IMG/VR virus record: IMGVR_UViG_2874444136_000005
Coordinates: 1-64,000 of that record
DNA from: a virus
Lineage: Duplodnaviria; Caudoviricetes
Direction: 5' to 3' (one strand)
DNA length: 64,000 nt
Shown here: piece after piece, positions 18,824-28,883 of the stretch
Numbering within the stretch: the stretch's first letter is position 1
How the letters are laid out: every line of letters begins with the position of its first letter
Program-made: the position numbers and the translations under genes
The notes under the pieces: model-generated
What the model was told of the DNA's origin: nothing
The model's input: the letters and a program-made list of their open reading frames with translations, nothing else
The model's database searches: none

Positions 18824-21109
18824 TTATGCCGCAGGTTCTTCCGGTTGCGGCTCCGGCTCCGGAGTAGGTTCAACATAGTGGCCTGTTGGTAATGTGATGA
18901 TCCAATTGCTCAGCGATGCAATATCGCCGCGCCTGGCTTCTATACTGACCGTGTGAACCCGATTTAATGGGGAGGTTGCGGACGAATACGGTAGCGTCAA
19001 TGTTGCTTCAACAGTATTTGTCGTCCAAACAATATCCCCCGTATCAGGGCGAACGAGTGTAATTACATAAACCACCCCCGACTCTGGGCCAATACTGCTA
19101 TCGAGATAATCAATTAACCGGTCAGCTTGTAATTGCCTGTCACGGTGAGACCAGGTTAAAATATATTCCGCTGCCGGTTCTGCAACGAGGGGATAAGGTT
19201 CGTCATTTAAACGAATATTTGCCGGCAAATAGGGTTTTGCCTGGCGAGCCTGTAGCGTCAAATGGTTAACAGGTGCAGCGCCGGCAGCGAGTGTTTCTTG
19301 TGCCGTTCGCGTCAACAAACGAACGTCTATCGTTTCTCCCTCCAGATATTCCAACCCATCACTTTCAATCGCATCCTGGAAGAAACGCAGCTGCGCGCCG
19401 GCCAGATGGCCAGCCGGCAACGTATCGGCACAGCCACGCCCGACGGTCAACGCCCCGGTCGCCAGATCGGCGGCATCGATACGAACAATCTCATCACCGA
19501 TAATTGCTCCGGCCCCCACTGCCGGCAGCGTGGTTAATGACGCCTTAAAGGTGGTATCAAAGCGACCTGCAGGCTGTGTGAGCGTAACGGCCGGTGTCCA
19601 GTCGCCGTTAAGATTACCGCGCCAGTTCACGCCGTCGGCGCGCGTCTGAAGCAGGTAGTTGATGGAGGCGCTGCTGGGCGCACTGGCCATCACGCCCAGG
19701 TAACCGGCCTCCGGGGGAATGGCCGCCAGCTCCGCCGGCCCGACGGTGGCAGCCAGGACGATATAGGGCAGCTCAATGAGCTGGCTATCAGTAACGGGGC
19801 GTGCCGTCTTGTCCGGCGGTGACCAGTTGCTGCCTTGTTCGCCGCTACTGTACGACGTGCTCGGCATCCCGAACACATCCTGAATGGCCGTCACCTTCAA
19901 CTCACCGGTGTCCTGTTCTTCAATCTTTCCAACCCGCATCACCATGTTGCCGATGTTGCGCTCTGGCAAGCTGATGCGAAAAACGCCGGCCGGCGTCAGC
20001 ACGCCGCCGCGTCGGTCGAAATTGATTATCAGCCTGGTCAATCCGGCAGCGCGGGTTTCAAGGTCACGCTGCGCCAACCTCGCGCCCAGCGCATGGGTCG
20101 GCACCGCTTTGTATTCAACGCTCTCCGATATCAACCCCACGTTCTGGATCGCCCCGAGGTTCTGCGCGCGCACTTCGCCTTCGCTGTTGGTCACCGGGTC
20201 GCGGTACGTCACCACAATTTCATTCGGGGCCGCATCGGCGCTGGTGCTGTCGTCGTCCTGCACGCCCACGATGCCGTTGTCGTAGGTAAACAGCGGCAAG
20301 GTATTGGGGTCGTAGTCATCACGTAGCAGCTTGAGCGTCAGTTTGCCCGTGCTCAGGTCACCGTATTGGGCTGCGCCGATGTGATCCAGGACTTGCTGCA
20401 CAAACGTGTTCAGGTCGTCCTGGCGGTTGTAGCGAAAACAGAGGCCAAATCCTTCGTCATAGAGCCGGTCAGCCGCAATGCGATAGCTGTCAATGTCTAG
20501 GTCACCCAGCACCAGCCCGCGTCCCCAGTCACGATTGAGCGCGCATTCAACCAGGATGTGCGCCGGGTTCATGGCGTGGATCGCACGCAGGTTGGCAATC
20601 TGTTCAGTGGTCAGGTCGGCCTCGTCATCAAGCTGCCCCTCGGTGTTCTGCAGCAGAATAAGCGCCTTCTCCGGATACCACACCGGCCCATCCCAGCCCT
20701 GCGTGGTGCGGCGAACGCGGTAAGACCACGGCTTAGGTGAGGCGCTGTAGCAACTGACCAACCCGCTAAAGAAGGTGGTGACCAGCCCCCGAAAACCCGG
20801 CACTAACCCCGTGAGCAACGTCAATAATGAGGGAGACGGCACCTGGTCAGGGCCGCCCATCATCACCTCAAGTGTTCCCTGGATACCGCCTTCACCGCCG
20901 GTGTCTTCACCCCCGAACAGATTAGGCTTGTCGATGTACAGCGACGTGTTGCCGGCAACCTGGCCGGGCGTGCCGGCAAACACCGTTTTCTTGTCGGCGC
21001 TGATGGCCACAATCTCATTCACCGGGCCACGGCCAATCCCAGCCTGGATATCCCAGGAATATCTGTAGCCCACCGTGACTTTCTTCGACCCCTTGCCACC
21101 GCCGCCCAT
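18824..21109 (-). CDS. Tail tip / central hub protein
   Basis: MGGGGKGSKKVTVGYRY, MNPAHIL and FGGEDTGGEGG motifs of D3112/B3-type tail tip proteins. Confidence 0.75.
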   Translation of the reverse strand: MGGGGKGSKKVTVGYRYSWDIQAGIGRGPVNEIVAISADKKTVFAGTPGQVAGNTSLYIDKPNLFGGEDTGGEGGIQGTLEVMMGGPDQVPSPSLLTLLTGLVPGFRGLVTTFFSGLVSCYSASPKPWSYRVRRTTQGWDGPVWYPEKALILLQNTEGQLDDEADLTTEQIANLRAIHAMNPAHILVECALNRDWGRGLVLGDLDIDSYRIAADRLYDEGFGLCFRYNRQDDLNTFVQQVLDHIGAAQYGDLSTGKLTLKLLRDDYDPNTLPLFTYDNGIVGVQDDDSTSADAAPNEIVVTYRDPVTNSEGEVRAQNLGAIQNVGLISESVEYKAVPTHALGARLAQRDLETRAAGLTRLIINFDRRGGVLTPAGVFRISLPERNIGNMVMRVGKIEEQDTGELKVTAIQDVFGMPSTSYSSGEQGSNWSPPDKTARPVTDSQLIELPYIVLAATVGPAELAAIPPEAGYLGVMASAPSSASINYLLQTRADGVNWRGNLNGDWTPAVTLTQPAGRFDTTFKASLTTLPAVGAGAIIGDEIVRIDAADLATGALTVGRGCADTLPAGHLAGAQLRFFQDAIESDGLEYLEGETIDVRLLTRTAQETLAAGAAPVNHLTLQARQAKPYLPANIRLNDEPYPLVAEPAAEYILTWSHRDRQLQADRLIDYLDSSIGPESGVVYVITLVRPDTGDIVWTTNTVEATLTLPYSSATSPLNRVHTVSIEARRGDIASLSNWIITLPTGHYVEPTPEPEPQPEEPAA

Positions 21110-21312
21110 CAGTTGGCCTCCGGCTCAGCTTTGGATTGCGCCAGGCGCACAATCTTGATGGCCAGGGCGTCGCCGGTGCCGGCCAGCAGCTCGGCATCGA
21201 TACCGCCATCACGGATGAAGGCTTTCAGGTCTAGCCCATAGCGGGCAAAGAAGGCGCGCAGACCAGGCGCACAACCGCCGCCGGCGCGAATATCTTCCAT
21301 CGTAATCAACAT
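21109..21312 (-). CDS. Small tail-tip assembly protein
   Basis: ITMEDIRAGGGCAPGLRAFFARYGLD motif; synteny. Confidence 0.65.
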   Translation of the reverse strand: MLITMEDIRAGGGCAPGLRAFFARYGLDLKAFIRDGGIDAELLAGTGDALAIKIVRLAQSKAEPEAN

Positions 21313-21322
21313 GGCGTTCCCC

Positions 21323-21568
21323 TTATTTCTTAATGGCTTCATAGCGGTAATTGCCATAGGCCAGAACAAACCAGTCCTCGCTCCAGCAATCGCCAAAGAA
21401 GATGCATTGCGGTGTGCCTTCGGTCGGCTGAGGCAGATTCCAGTCATCCTCTGTCGCCGCTTCCGGGGCGTTGTTCTTTTGCCTCGGTGCCAACGCCGTA
21501 TTCAGCACATAGGACGCAACAATGACCCCGACGAACTTGGCAACCGCCATCCAACTAGCCGGATCCAT
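21323..21568 (-). CDS. Small tail-tip assembly protein
   Basis: AGGAGG RBS; LPQPTEGTPQCIFFGD...LAYGNYR. Confidence 0.65.
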   Translation of the reverse strand: MDPASWMAVAKFVGVIVASYVLNTALAPRQKNNAPEAATEDDWNLPQPTEGTPQCIFFGDCWSEDWFVLAYGNYRYEAIKK

Positions 21569-21579
21569 AGATCCTCCTT

Positions 21580-22395
21580 TCAAAAAAGTTTGATGATCTG
21601 ATACGGCGATTTGCCCGGCATGTGAGGCTGGCCGCCGTAGTTCAGAACGTTGTTAAACTTGTCGTTACAGGTCGCGATAGTGCGATCGCATCCTGGAAAA
21701 ACCGCCACCACCTGGCCAACGCTTAGCCCAGCAGAGCCGCCGAACAGGCCCAGCACGTTGCCACTCTGCGCGCGCAACCCGCGCCGCTCTGTCACGCCAT
21801 CCGCCAGCCACTCCAGATAGCCACCAGAAAACCAGCCGTCTGGAGAGCCGGCCGGCAGATTGACGGTGATGCTCACGCCATCGAGCGCGCTGATAACCAG
21901 ACCGCTGACGCCAAACGCCGCCGGCGATACCTTGCAATTGTGGTCATACAGCGAATACGGACAGGCGCGCCCCCAGGTCAGGCGCAGGCCGCTGCGGGTG
22001 AAGGTGCTGGCCAGACTGGCGGTGACCAGCCGGGTGCGGTCTATCGCCTCGCGCTTGACCTCGGTAATGGTGCCGATCCAGACGGTGCGGAACTCGCCCT
22101 GGCTGTCGCCGACGTGCCAGCGATGAATGCGAACGCGTACCGGCTGGGACGGCGGCAGGCCACGAAAGAGCATGGCCACCGGATTGGCGGTAGGTAACGT
22201 GATATCCATCCCATCGCCGGCACCGACGCTCAGACCGCCATCACTGATCGCCTGCTGCTGCCAGACGGCACCGGCGGCGGTGATATCCTGATCGGCGTTG
22301 GTGTACCGGAAAAACTGCGTATCGCCCCGCACGAACTCATAGAGCGTGACCGGCTGGCCGTTGGCGGTGGAATACTCAAAATCACTCCAGCTCAT
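21580..22395 (-). CDS. BR0599/DUF2163-family tail protein (lambda L-like)
   Basis: CPYSLYDHNC and PGCDRTIATCNDKFNNVLNYGG Cys motifs. Confidence 0.85.
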   Translation of the reverse strand: MSWSDFEYSTANGQPVTLYEFVRGDTQFFRYTNADQDITAAGAVWQQQAISDGGLSVGAGDGMDITLPTANPVAMLFRGLPPSQPVRVRIHRWHVGDSQGEFRTVWIGTITEVKREAIDRTRLVTASLASTFTRSGLRLTWGRACPYSLYDHNCKVSPAAFGVSGLVISALDGVSITVNLPAGSPDGWFSGGYLEWLADGVTERRGLRAQSGNVLGLFGGSAGLSVGQVVAVFPGCDRTIATCNDKFNNVLNYGGQPHMPGKSPYQIIKLF

Positions 22396-23557
22396 CGCGA
22401 AGCCCTCGGAATGTGGTTGATACCTGGGCAAACCCGTCCGCATCGGTCGAGTGTTCCCAGGTGATGTCGTCAGTGTTCTGGCGGCAAAGCGCCATCAATG
22501 ACACCTGGCTGATGGAATCCGCCAGCGGAACGTCACCGTCCAGCGCCAGCAGCTCGTAATCACTCTGGCGCGAGGCGGTGAGGATACGGCGGTAAACGCG
22601 GGTGCCATCGACCAACTGCAGACGCAGATCACTCCGGCCAGGCACCACACCAAACTCACTAAAGCCGGCAACCGCCACAACCAGCGCATTGCCGACAGTC
22701 TGCACAGGGATGAAGTCCTGCGCCTGGCTGGCGACCCAAATCGCACGCTGGCGACCGCGCAGGTAATAGAGCTGGCCACGCAGCCTTGCCTGGGCCTGGC
22801 GACCAATTTCAGACCACACATGCTGCTGCATGATAAAGGCCCGGCCTGCGGTGTCGGTGCGGTAGGGAATGCCGACCTCGTTGTCCAGCTCCAGGAGCTG
22901 GCGCTGATACTCGGCCGTCAGGTCATCAACCCAATCAGCGTCTTGTTCAAGCACGGGATGCCCGCGATAGATTGCGGCATTCATCGCCGGCGCAAACGGG
23001 TTATGTGCCGCCAGGCGAAAGCGCAGCTGCAGACGCATCAGGCTGTCACTGTGACGGGTGATTGCCGGCGTATCGGTCAAGACGGCCGGTCGTAGCGGAT
23101 AAACCCATGTGCCGGCTGGCCACGCCCCTAACGGGGCCGTAACGGTGACGCTGCCGGCATCGATGCTCTGGATCTGCGCGACGGCCTGGTTGGCCAACAT
23201 CCCGAAACCTTGTTTAAGCAGCAGGTTATCGCCCACGACAAAATCACGGCCGGCCGCTGGCAGCGCGATAACCTGGCTACCGGCCGAGATGGGGGCCGAC
23301 AAAACCGCAACGTCAGGAAACACCGGCATATCCCAGGTGACGCCGCCGGCATGAAAAAGCTGGGTCTCCAGCGCGCGGGCGTCGGCATTGCCGGCAAGCA
23401 CGGTAAACTCATACAGCCGGCGCGGCGAGAGACGTCGGGCAATGCGCTGTTCTGCCCCGGACGGGGAGATCAGGACGTCCGTTTTCCAGGACAGGGTTTC
23501 ACTGACGCCTTCGGCCCAATCAGGCTCCATCAACCACGGGAGACGAACGGCCATCAT
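22382..23557 (-). CDS. Distal tail / virion structural protein
   Basis: PDW..GVSETLSWKTDVL..G.EQR motif; follows tape measure. Confidence 0.65.
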   Translation of the reverse strand: MMAVRLPWLMEPDWAEGVSETLSWKTDVLISPSGAEQRIARRLSPRRLYEFTVLAGNADARALETQLFHAGGVTWDMPVFPDVAVLSAPISAGSQVIALPAAGRDFVVGDNLLLKQGFGMLANQAVAQIQSIDAGSVTVTAPLGAWPAGTWVYPLRPAVLTDTPAITRHSDSLMRLQLRFRLAAHNPFAPAMNAAIYRGHPVLEQDADWVDDLTAEYQRQLLELDNEVGIPYRTDTAGRAFIMQQHVWSEIGRQAQARLRGQLYYLRGRQRAIWVASQAQDFIPVQTVGNALVVAVAGFSEFGVVPGRSDLRLQLVDGTRVYRRILTASRQSDYELLALDGDVPLADSISQVSLMALCRQNTDDITWEHSTDADGFAQVSTTFRGLRDELE

Positions 23558-26500
23558 TTACCCCCAATCATCTGTTTGAGCGTGGGCAACTGGCTCTTCA
23601 CCCACGTCATCATGATCCGGTTTCCACCTGGTTTCTTCATGGCTTCCCCCATCACTTCAATGGGATCGAGCACCAGGTACTGCTGCAGGTTGGTCGTACC
23701 GCCGCCGGCACCCTGCGCACCTGGTGCATCAGGGTTAACGGATTGATTCACCCCGGCCGCGCGGCTAAAACCGGGGTCGGAGACCAGCCCGCCATCGGCG
23801 AACGCGCCGAGGCGGCCCTGGTTAACCGCGTGCATGAAGTCCACGCCATAGCGCTGGACAGCGGCGGTTTTCATGACAAACTCGCCGTTTGACAAGCGAG
23901 CCGCGATGCTGTCGGAGGTGCCGGTACCGGGGCCGGTGATCTGGCCACCGGTCGCGGCCGCCACGCTGGCAGCCGCACCCAGGCCGGAGGACGCGCTGCC
24001 GGCGGCGCTGGCGGATGCAATGGCCGAGGCCAGTGTGGCCGCGCCGGTCGTGAATGCCGTCGTCAACGCCGTGGTGAGTGCCGTGATGCCGGTGGTCAGC
24101 GCCGTGGTGAAACCGCCCGTCAGCGCCGTGCTGCCGGCAGTGATTGAGGTGCCCATGGCGGTGGCCCCCGCCGTGGAGGCGGTGGTGATGGCCGTCGCGT
24201 AGGTGGTCGCACCGGCGGCATCGGTCGCGGTATCGGTGGCTGCATTAACAGCGGTGCCAGCGGCACTACCGGCCGTACTGGCCCCGAGACCCAGCAGCCC
24301 CTTGAGGCTGTCGGTCACGCTGCCGAGGCCTTCCATCGCCATGCCGGCCAGGTTGCGTGATGCGACTTGCGCCATGGCATTGGCGACCGATTTAGCCAGG
24401 TTTAACACCGCATCACTGAGGTTTAGCGTGCCATCTGCCAGCCCGTTGAGCGTGCTCTCCATGCCATCCTGCAGCCCGTCTTTAAACGCGGCCGTCAGGT
24501 CGTCCGTTGTGGATTTCAGCGTTATCAGCTCGTTTTCCAGGTTGGCCAGCAGGTCGCGCATCTGCTCGCCGGCTTCACCAGGCAATGCCGCCATTTCACG
24601 CAGCTGCGGCAGGCTCTCGGTGATTTTGCTGCCGACTTCCTGATGCAATGCAACCAGTTGCCGGCGGCCCTGCAGTTCTGAGATGAGGCCCGCTTGCACC
24701 TGCGCCTGGATGCTGCTCTCTTTCTGGCTGCGGTAGGTCTGCAGGTCATCCAGACTCTTTTTGAGCGCGTCCGCCCGCACCTTGGCTTCCTGTACCGGCA
24801 GCAACTTGTCCAGCCAGGCCAGCCCCTCGGTGTTGCCGGTCTGGGTGAACTCCTTGCGCATCTCGGCGATGTTGGCCCGCACTTCCGCCAGGCCGCCGCC
24901 GAGCACGTCGCCGGTGGCTTTCAGATATTGCGCCTGCAGCTGGGCGTTCTTGGTGGCGTTGGCGTCCGATTTCTCTTTCTGCTCGCCGGCTGCGATAACC
25001 GCCAGCGCCGCTTCTGCCCGCGCTTTCAGCGCCCCGGACAGGCCTTTTTCTGCCAGTTCGTAAGCCGCGACCTGTGATTTTGTCTTGCCGACGGCAAAGG
25101 CCTGTTTCTCCAGCCCCTTGACGTAGGACTCATTGGCCGAGGCGGCCGACTTGGCCGAACGCGCAGCCGCGTCTGAGTTCTTCTTGTTCTCCTTGGCCTG
25201 GTCGGTCTGCTTCTGCAGGTTGACCAGCTTTTCCAGGCTTTCGCGCAGCTTGTCGATATCTTCCGGTGCCTTGCCGGCCGCCAGCGCCGCCGCAATGGTT
25301 TTGTCTCGCAGTTGCTCCAGCTGCTGGGCGGCCGTGTAGGTCGCATCGGCCAGCTCTTTCTCCAGCTTCGGCCGCAGCTTGTCGGCTTCGGCGCTCAGCG
25401 CGGTAAAGGATTCCTCGCTTTGCGCCATCTGCGCCACGGCCTCATCCATCCAACGAATGGGGCCTGCGTTCTGCAGATCGGTCAACACATCACGCAGCGT
25501 CTTGCCGCTTGCGGTCGGCGCATCCATCGCGCGCGCCAGGCGGTTTTCCAGCTCATCGGACAGCTTGTCTTGCACGTCGCTGAGGTTGTCGAACTTCGGC
25601 GTCAGCGCATCGATTTGCTTTTGCACCTCAGCCAGTTTGTCAGTCAGATAAACGATGCCGATCCCGCTCGGGGCCGGGCTGCTCAGCAGGCCGTCAATCT
25701 GCTGTTTAAGCGATGCCGCCTGGCTCTGCAGGTCGCTGAGTTTCTTGCTGTCCTGGGTAAGCACATCGGCGTTGGTGCGTTGCTGCGTCAGCGCATCGCC
25801 CGTGCTGACCGAATCTTTCAGGCGGCCCTGGGCGCTTATCAGCGCCTCGGTTTTCTGGCGCTGGTCTTCCAGGGTCTGGATGGTCTGCTGGTGCTGCTGC
25901 GCCAGCGCGGCTTCATGCTCCTGGTTGGCCGCATAGGCCGCGCTCAGGCCGCCGACGGCCAGCGTCACGCCGGTGATGGCCAGCCCCATTGGGCCACCCA
26001 GCAGCCCCATCAAACCCGTTCCCAGGCGACCAAAGGTCGATGCAGAGGCGCGGGCGACGCCCAGCGCTTTCTCTGCAGCAGTCTGACGAACCAGTGACGC
26101 AGTCACCAGGTCTTCCGCTTTGGCGCGTGCGCCAGGTGCGGTAATGCCGGAGACTTTGGCGCGGGCGGCCTGCGCCTGCGCAGCAGCCACGGCGGCTTTG
26201 GCTTCGGCATATTCCGCCTCGGCAAGCTGCAGCGTCTCGATGCGGTCGGCACGCGCGGCCGTGGTCGCTGCAACCAGCGCGGCGACCTTACGGCCGCCCA
26301 TCACCACCGCCAGGGCAATGGCGGCAGTGGTCAACGTGGACATGTTGCTGGCCAGACCGGAAATGACGGCCGCAATCGCTTTGGATGCGCCCAGCGCATC
26401 GTTGGTGCCGCCGACGAACTCGACCCAGGCGTTGGCCATTTCCGTGGCGGCGCGGCCGATGGTCAGCGGCATCTGCGCAAACTCGCGGTCAACATCGCCG

Positions 26501-27270
26501 GCACCGTCTTTCAGCGCCTTGAAGACCACCTGCGTGGTGAGCATCCCTTGCTCGGCCATCGCGCGCAGTTCGCCACGGGTTTTGCCCAGGGATTTCTCCA
26601 GCATTTCCATGATGCGCGGCATCTGTTCGGACACCGAGTTGAATTCTTCCCCGCGTAAGGTGCCGGATGCCAACCCCTGGCTAAGTTGGATGATGGCGTT
26701 CGTGGACTCTTCGGCTGTCGCACCGGAGACGATCGCCGCTTTGTTGATGGTGCTGGTCACCTGCAGCAGTTCGGTCTGGGTCGCACTGCCTTTAAGCGAG
26801 CGGGCCATGCGGGTATAGAGTTCGGCGGTCGAGGCGATGCGTTGACCGGTTTCATTTGCCACACCGATTACCGATTTAAAGGTCGTGGCCGCCTGTTCGT
26901 TGGACGTGGAGACCAGGCGAATACGCGCCGCCAGGTTGGTGTATTCATCAGACGTGCTGGCCAGGTTGGCTATCAGACCGCCGCCAAGCGCAATACCGAT
27001 GGCCGCCGCCAGCGGCTTGAGCCGGGTCAGCTGGTTGCTCAGGCCATCAACGTTAGCGGCGGTTTTATCGAGCTTTCGGTTGGCGCTGTCGGCAGCACCA
27101 CCGACTCGATCGAGACCGGACGCCGCCGAGCCGCCGGCACTGCCCAGCCGGGTGCCGCTTTGGCTGGCGCTGTCCAGGGAGGACTGCAGTTGCTTGAGGG
27201 AGGCCTGGGCGCTTTTTAAATCCGCCTGAATACGCAGGCGCAATTCCAGGTTGCCGTTTCCGCTTGCCAT
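23554..27270 (-). CDS. Tape measure protein
   Basis: 1238 aa Ala-rich; QLSQGLASGTLRGEEFNSV; ATGG..GPGTGTSDSI.ARLSNGEFV. Confidence 0.95.
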   Translation of the reverse strand: MASGNGNLELRLRIQADLKSAQASLKQLQSSLDSASQSGTRLGSAGGSAASGLDRVGGAADSANRKLDKTAANVDGLSNQLTRLKPLAAAIGIALGGGLIANLASTSDEYTNLAARIRLVSTSNEQAATTFKSVIGVANETGQRIASTAELYTRMARSLKGSATQTELLQVTSTINKAAIVSGATAEESTNAIIQLSQGLASGTLRGEEFNSVSEQMPRIMEMLEKSLGKTRGELRAMAEQGMLTTQVVFKALKDGAGDVDREFAQMPLTIGRAATEMANAWVEFVGGTNDALGASKAIAAVISGLASNMSTLTTAAIALAVVMGGRKVAALVAATTAARADRIETLQLAEAEYAEAKAAVAAAQAQAARAKVSGITAPGARAKAEDLVTASLVRQTAAEKALGVARASASTFGRLGTGLMGLLGGPMGLAITGVTLAVGGLSAAYAANQEHEAALAQQHQQTIQTLEDQRQKTEALISAQGRLKDSVSTGDALTQQRTNADVLTQDSKKLSDLQSQAASLKQQIDGLLSSPAPSGIGIVYLTDKLAEVQKQIDALTPKFDNLSDVQDKLSDELENRLARAMDAPTASGKTLRDVLTDLQNAGPIRWMDEAVAQMAQSEESFTALSAEADKLRPKLEKELADATYTAAQQLEQLRDKTIAAALAAGKAPEDIDKLRESLEKLVNLQKQTDQAKENKKNSDAAARSAKSAASANESYVKGLEKQAFAVGKTKSQVAAYELAEKGLSGALKARAEAALAVIAAGEQKEKSDANATKNAQLQAQYLKATGDVLGGGLAEVRANIAEMRKEFTQTGNTEGLAWLDKLLPVQEAKVRADALKKSLDDLQTYRSQKESSIQAQVQAGLISELQGRRQLVALHQEVGSKITESLPQLREMAALPGEAGEQMRDLLANLENELITLKSTTDDLTAAFKDGLQDGMESTLNGLADGTLNLSDAVLNLAKSVANAMAQVASRNLAGMAMEGLGSVTDSLKGLLGLGASTAGSAAGTAVNAATDTATDAAGATTYATAITTASTAGATAMGTSITAGSTALTGGFTTALTTGITALTTALTTAFTTGAATLASAIASASAAGSASSGLGAAASVAAATGGQITGPGTGTSDSIAARLSNGEFVMKTAAVQRYGVDFMHAVNQGRLGAFADGGLVSDPGFSRAAGVNQSVNPDAPGAQGAGGGTTNLQQYLVLDPIEVMGEAMKKPGGNRIMMTWVKSQLPTLKQMIGGK

Positions 27271-27329
27271 GCTTGATCACCGTCGGTATGAGTAAAACCC
27301 CGCCGGTCAGCGGGGTGGAAGGAGGGAAA

Positions 27330-27617
27330 TTAACGCCGTTTTAAAGCCTGTTTGAACTTGTCGATATACCCCTTTAACGTCTTTCCCCCCGCGAAACTGG
27401 CGCTGCCGTCAAGGGTGTGGTGCATTCGCTCCGTCAGCTCTCGCTTTAGTGCCTGCTCATGAAACAGCTTTAACTGGCGGGCGGTGTAGTGTCTGAGTTC
27501 GCCGAATCGGTGGCCGTGGTCGATGAGGCAACTGAAGACCTCTCCCCAGGGGGCGGGTTTTGCAGCTGCTGCACCAGCCTGGTGAGCGCCGGGCGAATGG
27601 CGTTGCGGGTAAAAAAA
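27330..27617 (-). CDS. Tail assembly chaperone GT extension (-1 frameshift frame)
   Basis: Open -1 frame encoding WGEVFSCLIDHGH..YTARQLKLF, directly before tape measure; start coordinate depends on the slip site. Confidence 0.6.
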   Translation of the reverse strand, partial: FFYPQRHSPGAHQAGAAAAKPAPWGEVFSCLIDHGHRFGELRHYTARQLKLFHEQALKRELTERMHHTLDGSASFAGGKTLKGYIDKFKQALKRR

Positions 27618-27943
27618 GCCGCGTTGACGCCCCACCAAATCAACAGCAGCCTTTCGCTGTCTTCCCCAGTCAGACCCGCGACCCATTCGACGCTGCGGCC
27701 ACAGGAGACCGCTACCGCCTGCAGCACCGCATCCCAGTTCGCCCCGAGTACGTCGTACAGCTCATCAATCGACACCTCGGCATCCGGCTTGGCGTTCATC
27801 GCATCCATGAACCCTTCGCTGATTGCCTTGAGCGGTTGACGGTGCTGCAGCTGCTCTGCCAGCGTGTACTCATGCACCGTGACCTGGACGCCGCAGATAG
27901 TCAGCGTCCGGTCAGGTATCAGGATGTTCAGCTCATCCGTCAT
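27470..27943 (-). CDS. Tail assembly chaperone G
   Basis: Between tube and tape measure; WWGVNAAFF motif. Confidence 0.75.
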   Translation of the reverse strand: MTDELNILIPDRTLTICGVQVTVHEYTLAEQLQHRQPLKAISEGFMDAMNAKPDAEVSIDELYDVLGANWDAVLQAVAVSCGRSVEWVAGLTGEDSERLLLIWWGVNAAFFTRNAIRPALTRLVQQLQNPPPGERSSVASSTTATDSANSDTTPPAS

Positions 27944-28689
27944 CAGACGCTCCCGACGTGGATAACGCGCCCATAGCGGCCAAACTGGGCATCATCCGGC
28001 CGCTCAGTGTCCAACAGGACGGTCGCGGTGGTTTCCAGCCCAGGCAACGAGGTGTCGGTATTGATGAGGCTCAACGCCGACGCCGGGTCGTATTGTACGC
28101 GGTACAGCTCAACGACGACGGCCGCGCCGTTCTCTGCCAGGTTGATCCCCTCGTAACGCAGGAACAATTCATCGGGCGTTTGGGTGAATACCGAGGTGTT
28201 AACGCTGCTGGCGTGCGTATAGTTGACGCTAAGCGGCTGCGTGGCTGGCGTGGTCAGGAACTCCAGCGCGCCAAACTTGGCGTCGAGCTTGTAATCCGTC
28301 CCCTCGACCAAATCGGCAATCGTCACGGCGCTGACGTTCTGATGGGTCAGTGGGATGCGGTCGCCGGCCTGAATCCCTGCCGGCAGCGCTTCGCCGGTGA
28401 TGGTGCCGGCCGGGACGGCCACTTTCTCGCCGTACAGCAGAATGGCCAGGTTATCCGGCGAATGCTCATACCAGGTGGCGGTGACCGTGCCATCCTTGCC
28501 GGTGCTGATGCGGCGCACGGGCGCACGCTGGCCCGTATAGGACTCTTTGTGGGTGAAGGAGTCCGTGGTGAGCGCAATCTGCAGCTCGCCCACGTCACCA
28601 ATCCAGCGCAGCGATACCGCCTGGCCCTGCGCATTGCGACGGCCGAGGAACACCTTGCCCTGGCCGTAGTAGTAAGTTTCTGGGGTCAT
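27943..28689 (-). CDS. Major tail tube protein
   Basis: YYYGQGKVFLG...RWIGDV; canonical position. Confidence 0.85.
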   Translation of the reverse strand: MTPETYYYGQGKVFLGRRNAQGQAVSLRWIGDVGELQIALTTDSFTHKESYTGQRAPVRRISTGKDGTVTATWYEHSPDNLAILLYGEKVAVPAGTITGEALPAGIQAGDRIPLTHQNVSAVTIADLVEGTDYKLDAKFGALEFLTTPATQPLSVNYTHASSVNTSVFTQTPDELFLRYEGINLAENGAAVVVELYRVQYDPASALSLINTDTSLPGLETTATVLLDTERPDDAQFGRYGRVIHVGSV

Positions 28690-28883
28690 TGTTCCTGTTC
28701 CTCGGTCGGTGAGTCGGCGGAGCCGGTCTCGGTTTTGGTTTTGCGGTTCACGCCCGCTTTTTTCGCGCCGGCGTGCTCAATCAGCCACTGCGCCGTTGCG
28801 TCGTCCACTTCAATCTCGGTGCCGGCAGCAAGCGCCACGCCCTGATGGGTGTGCGGGCCGGTCAGTACAATTCGCCTGGTCAT
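28686..28883 (-). CDS. Small virion-region protein
   Basis: GGAGG RBS; LTGPHTHQG..GTEIEVDDATAQWLI. Confidence 0.6.
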   Translation of the reverse strand: MTRRIVLTGPHTHQGVALAAGTEIEVDDATAQWLIEHAGAKKAGVNRKTKTETGSADSPTEEQEQ

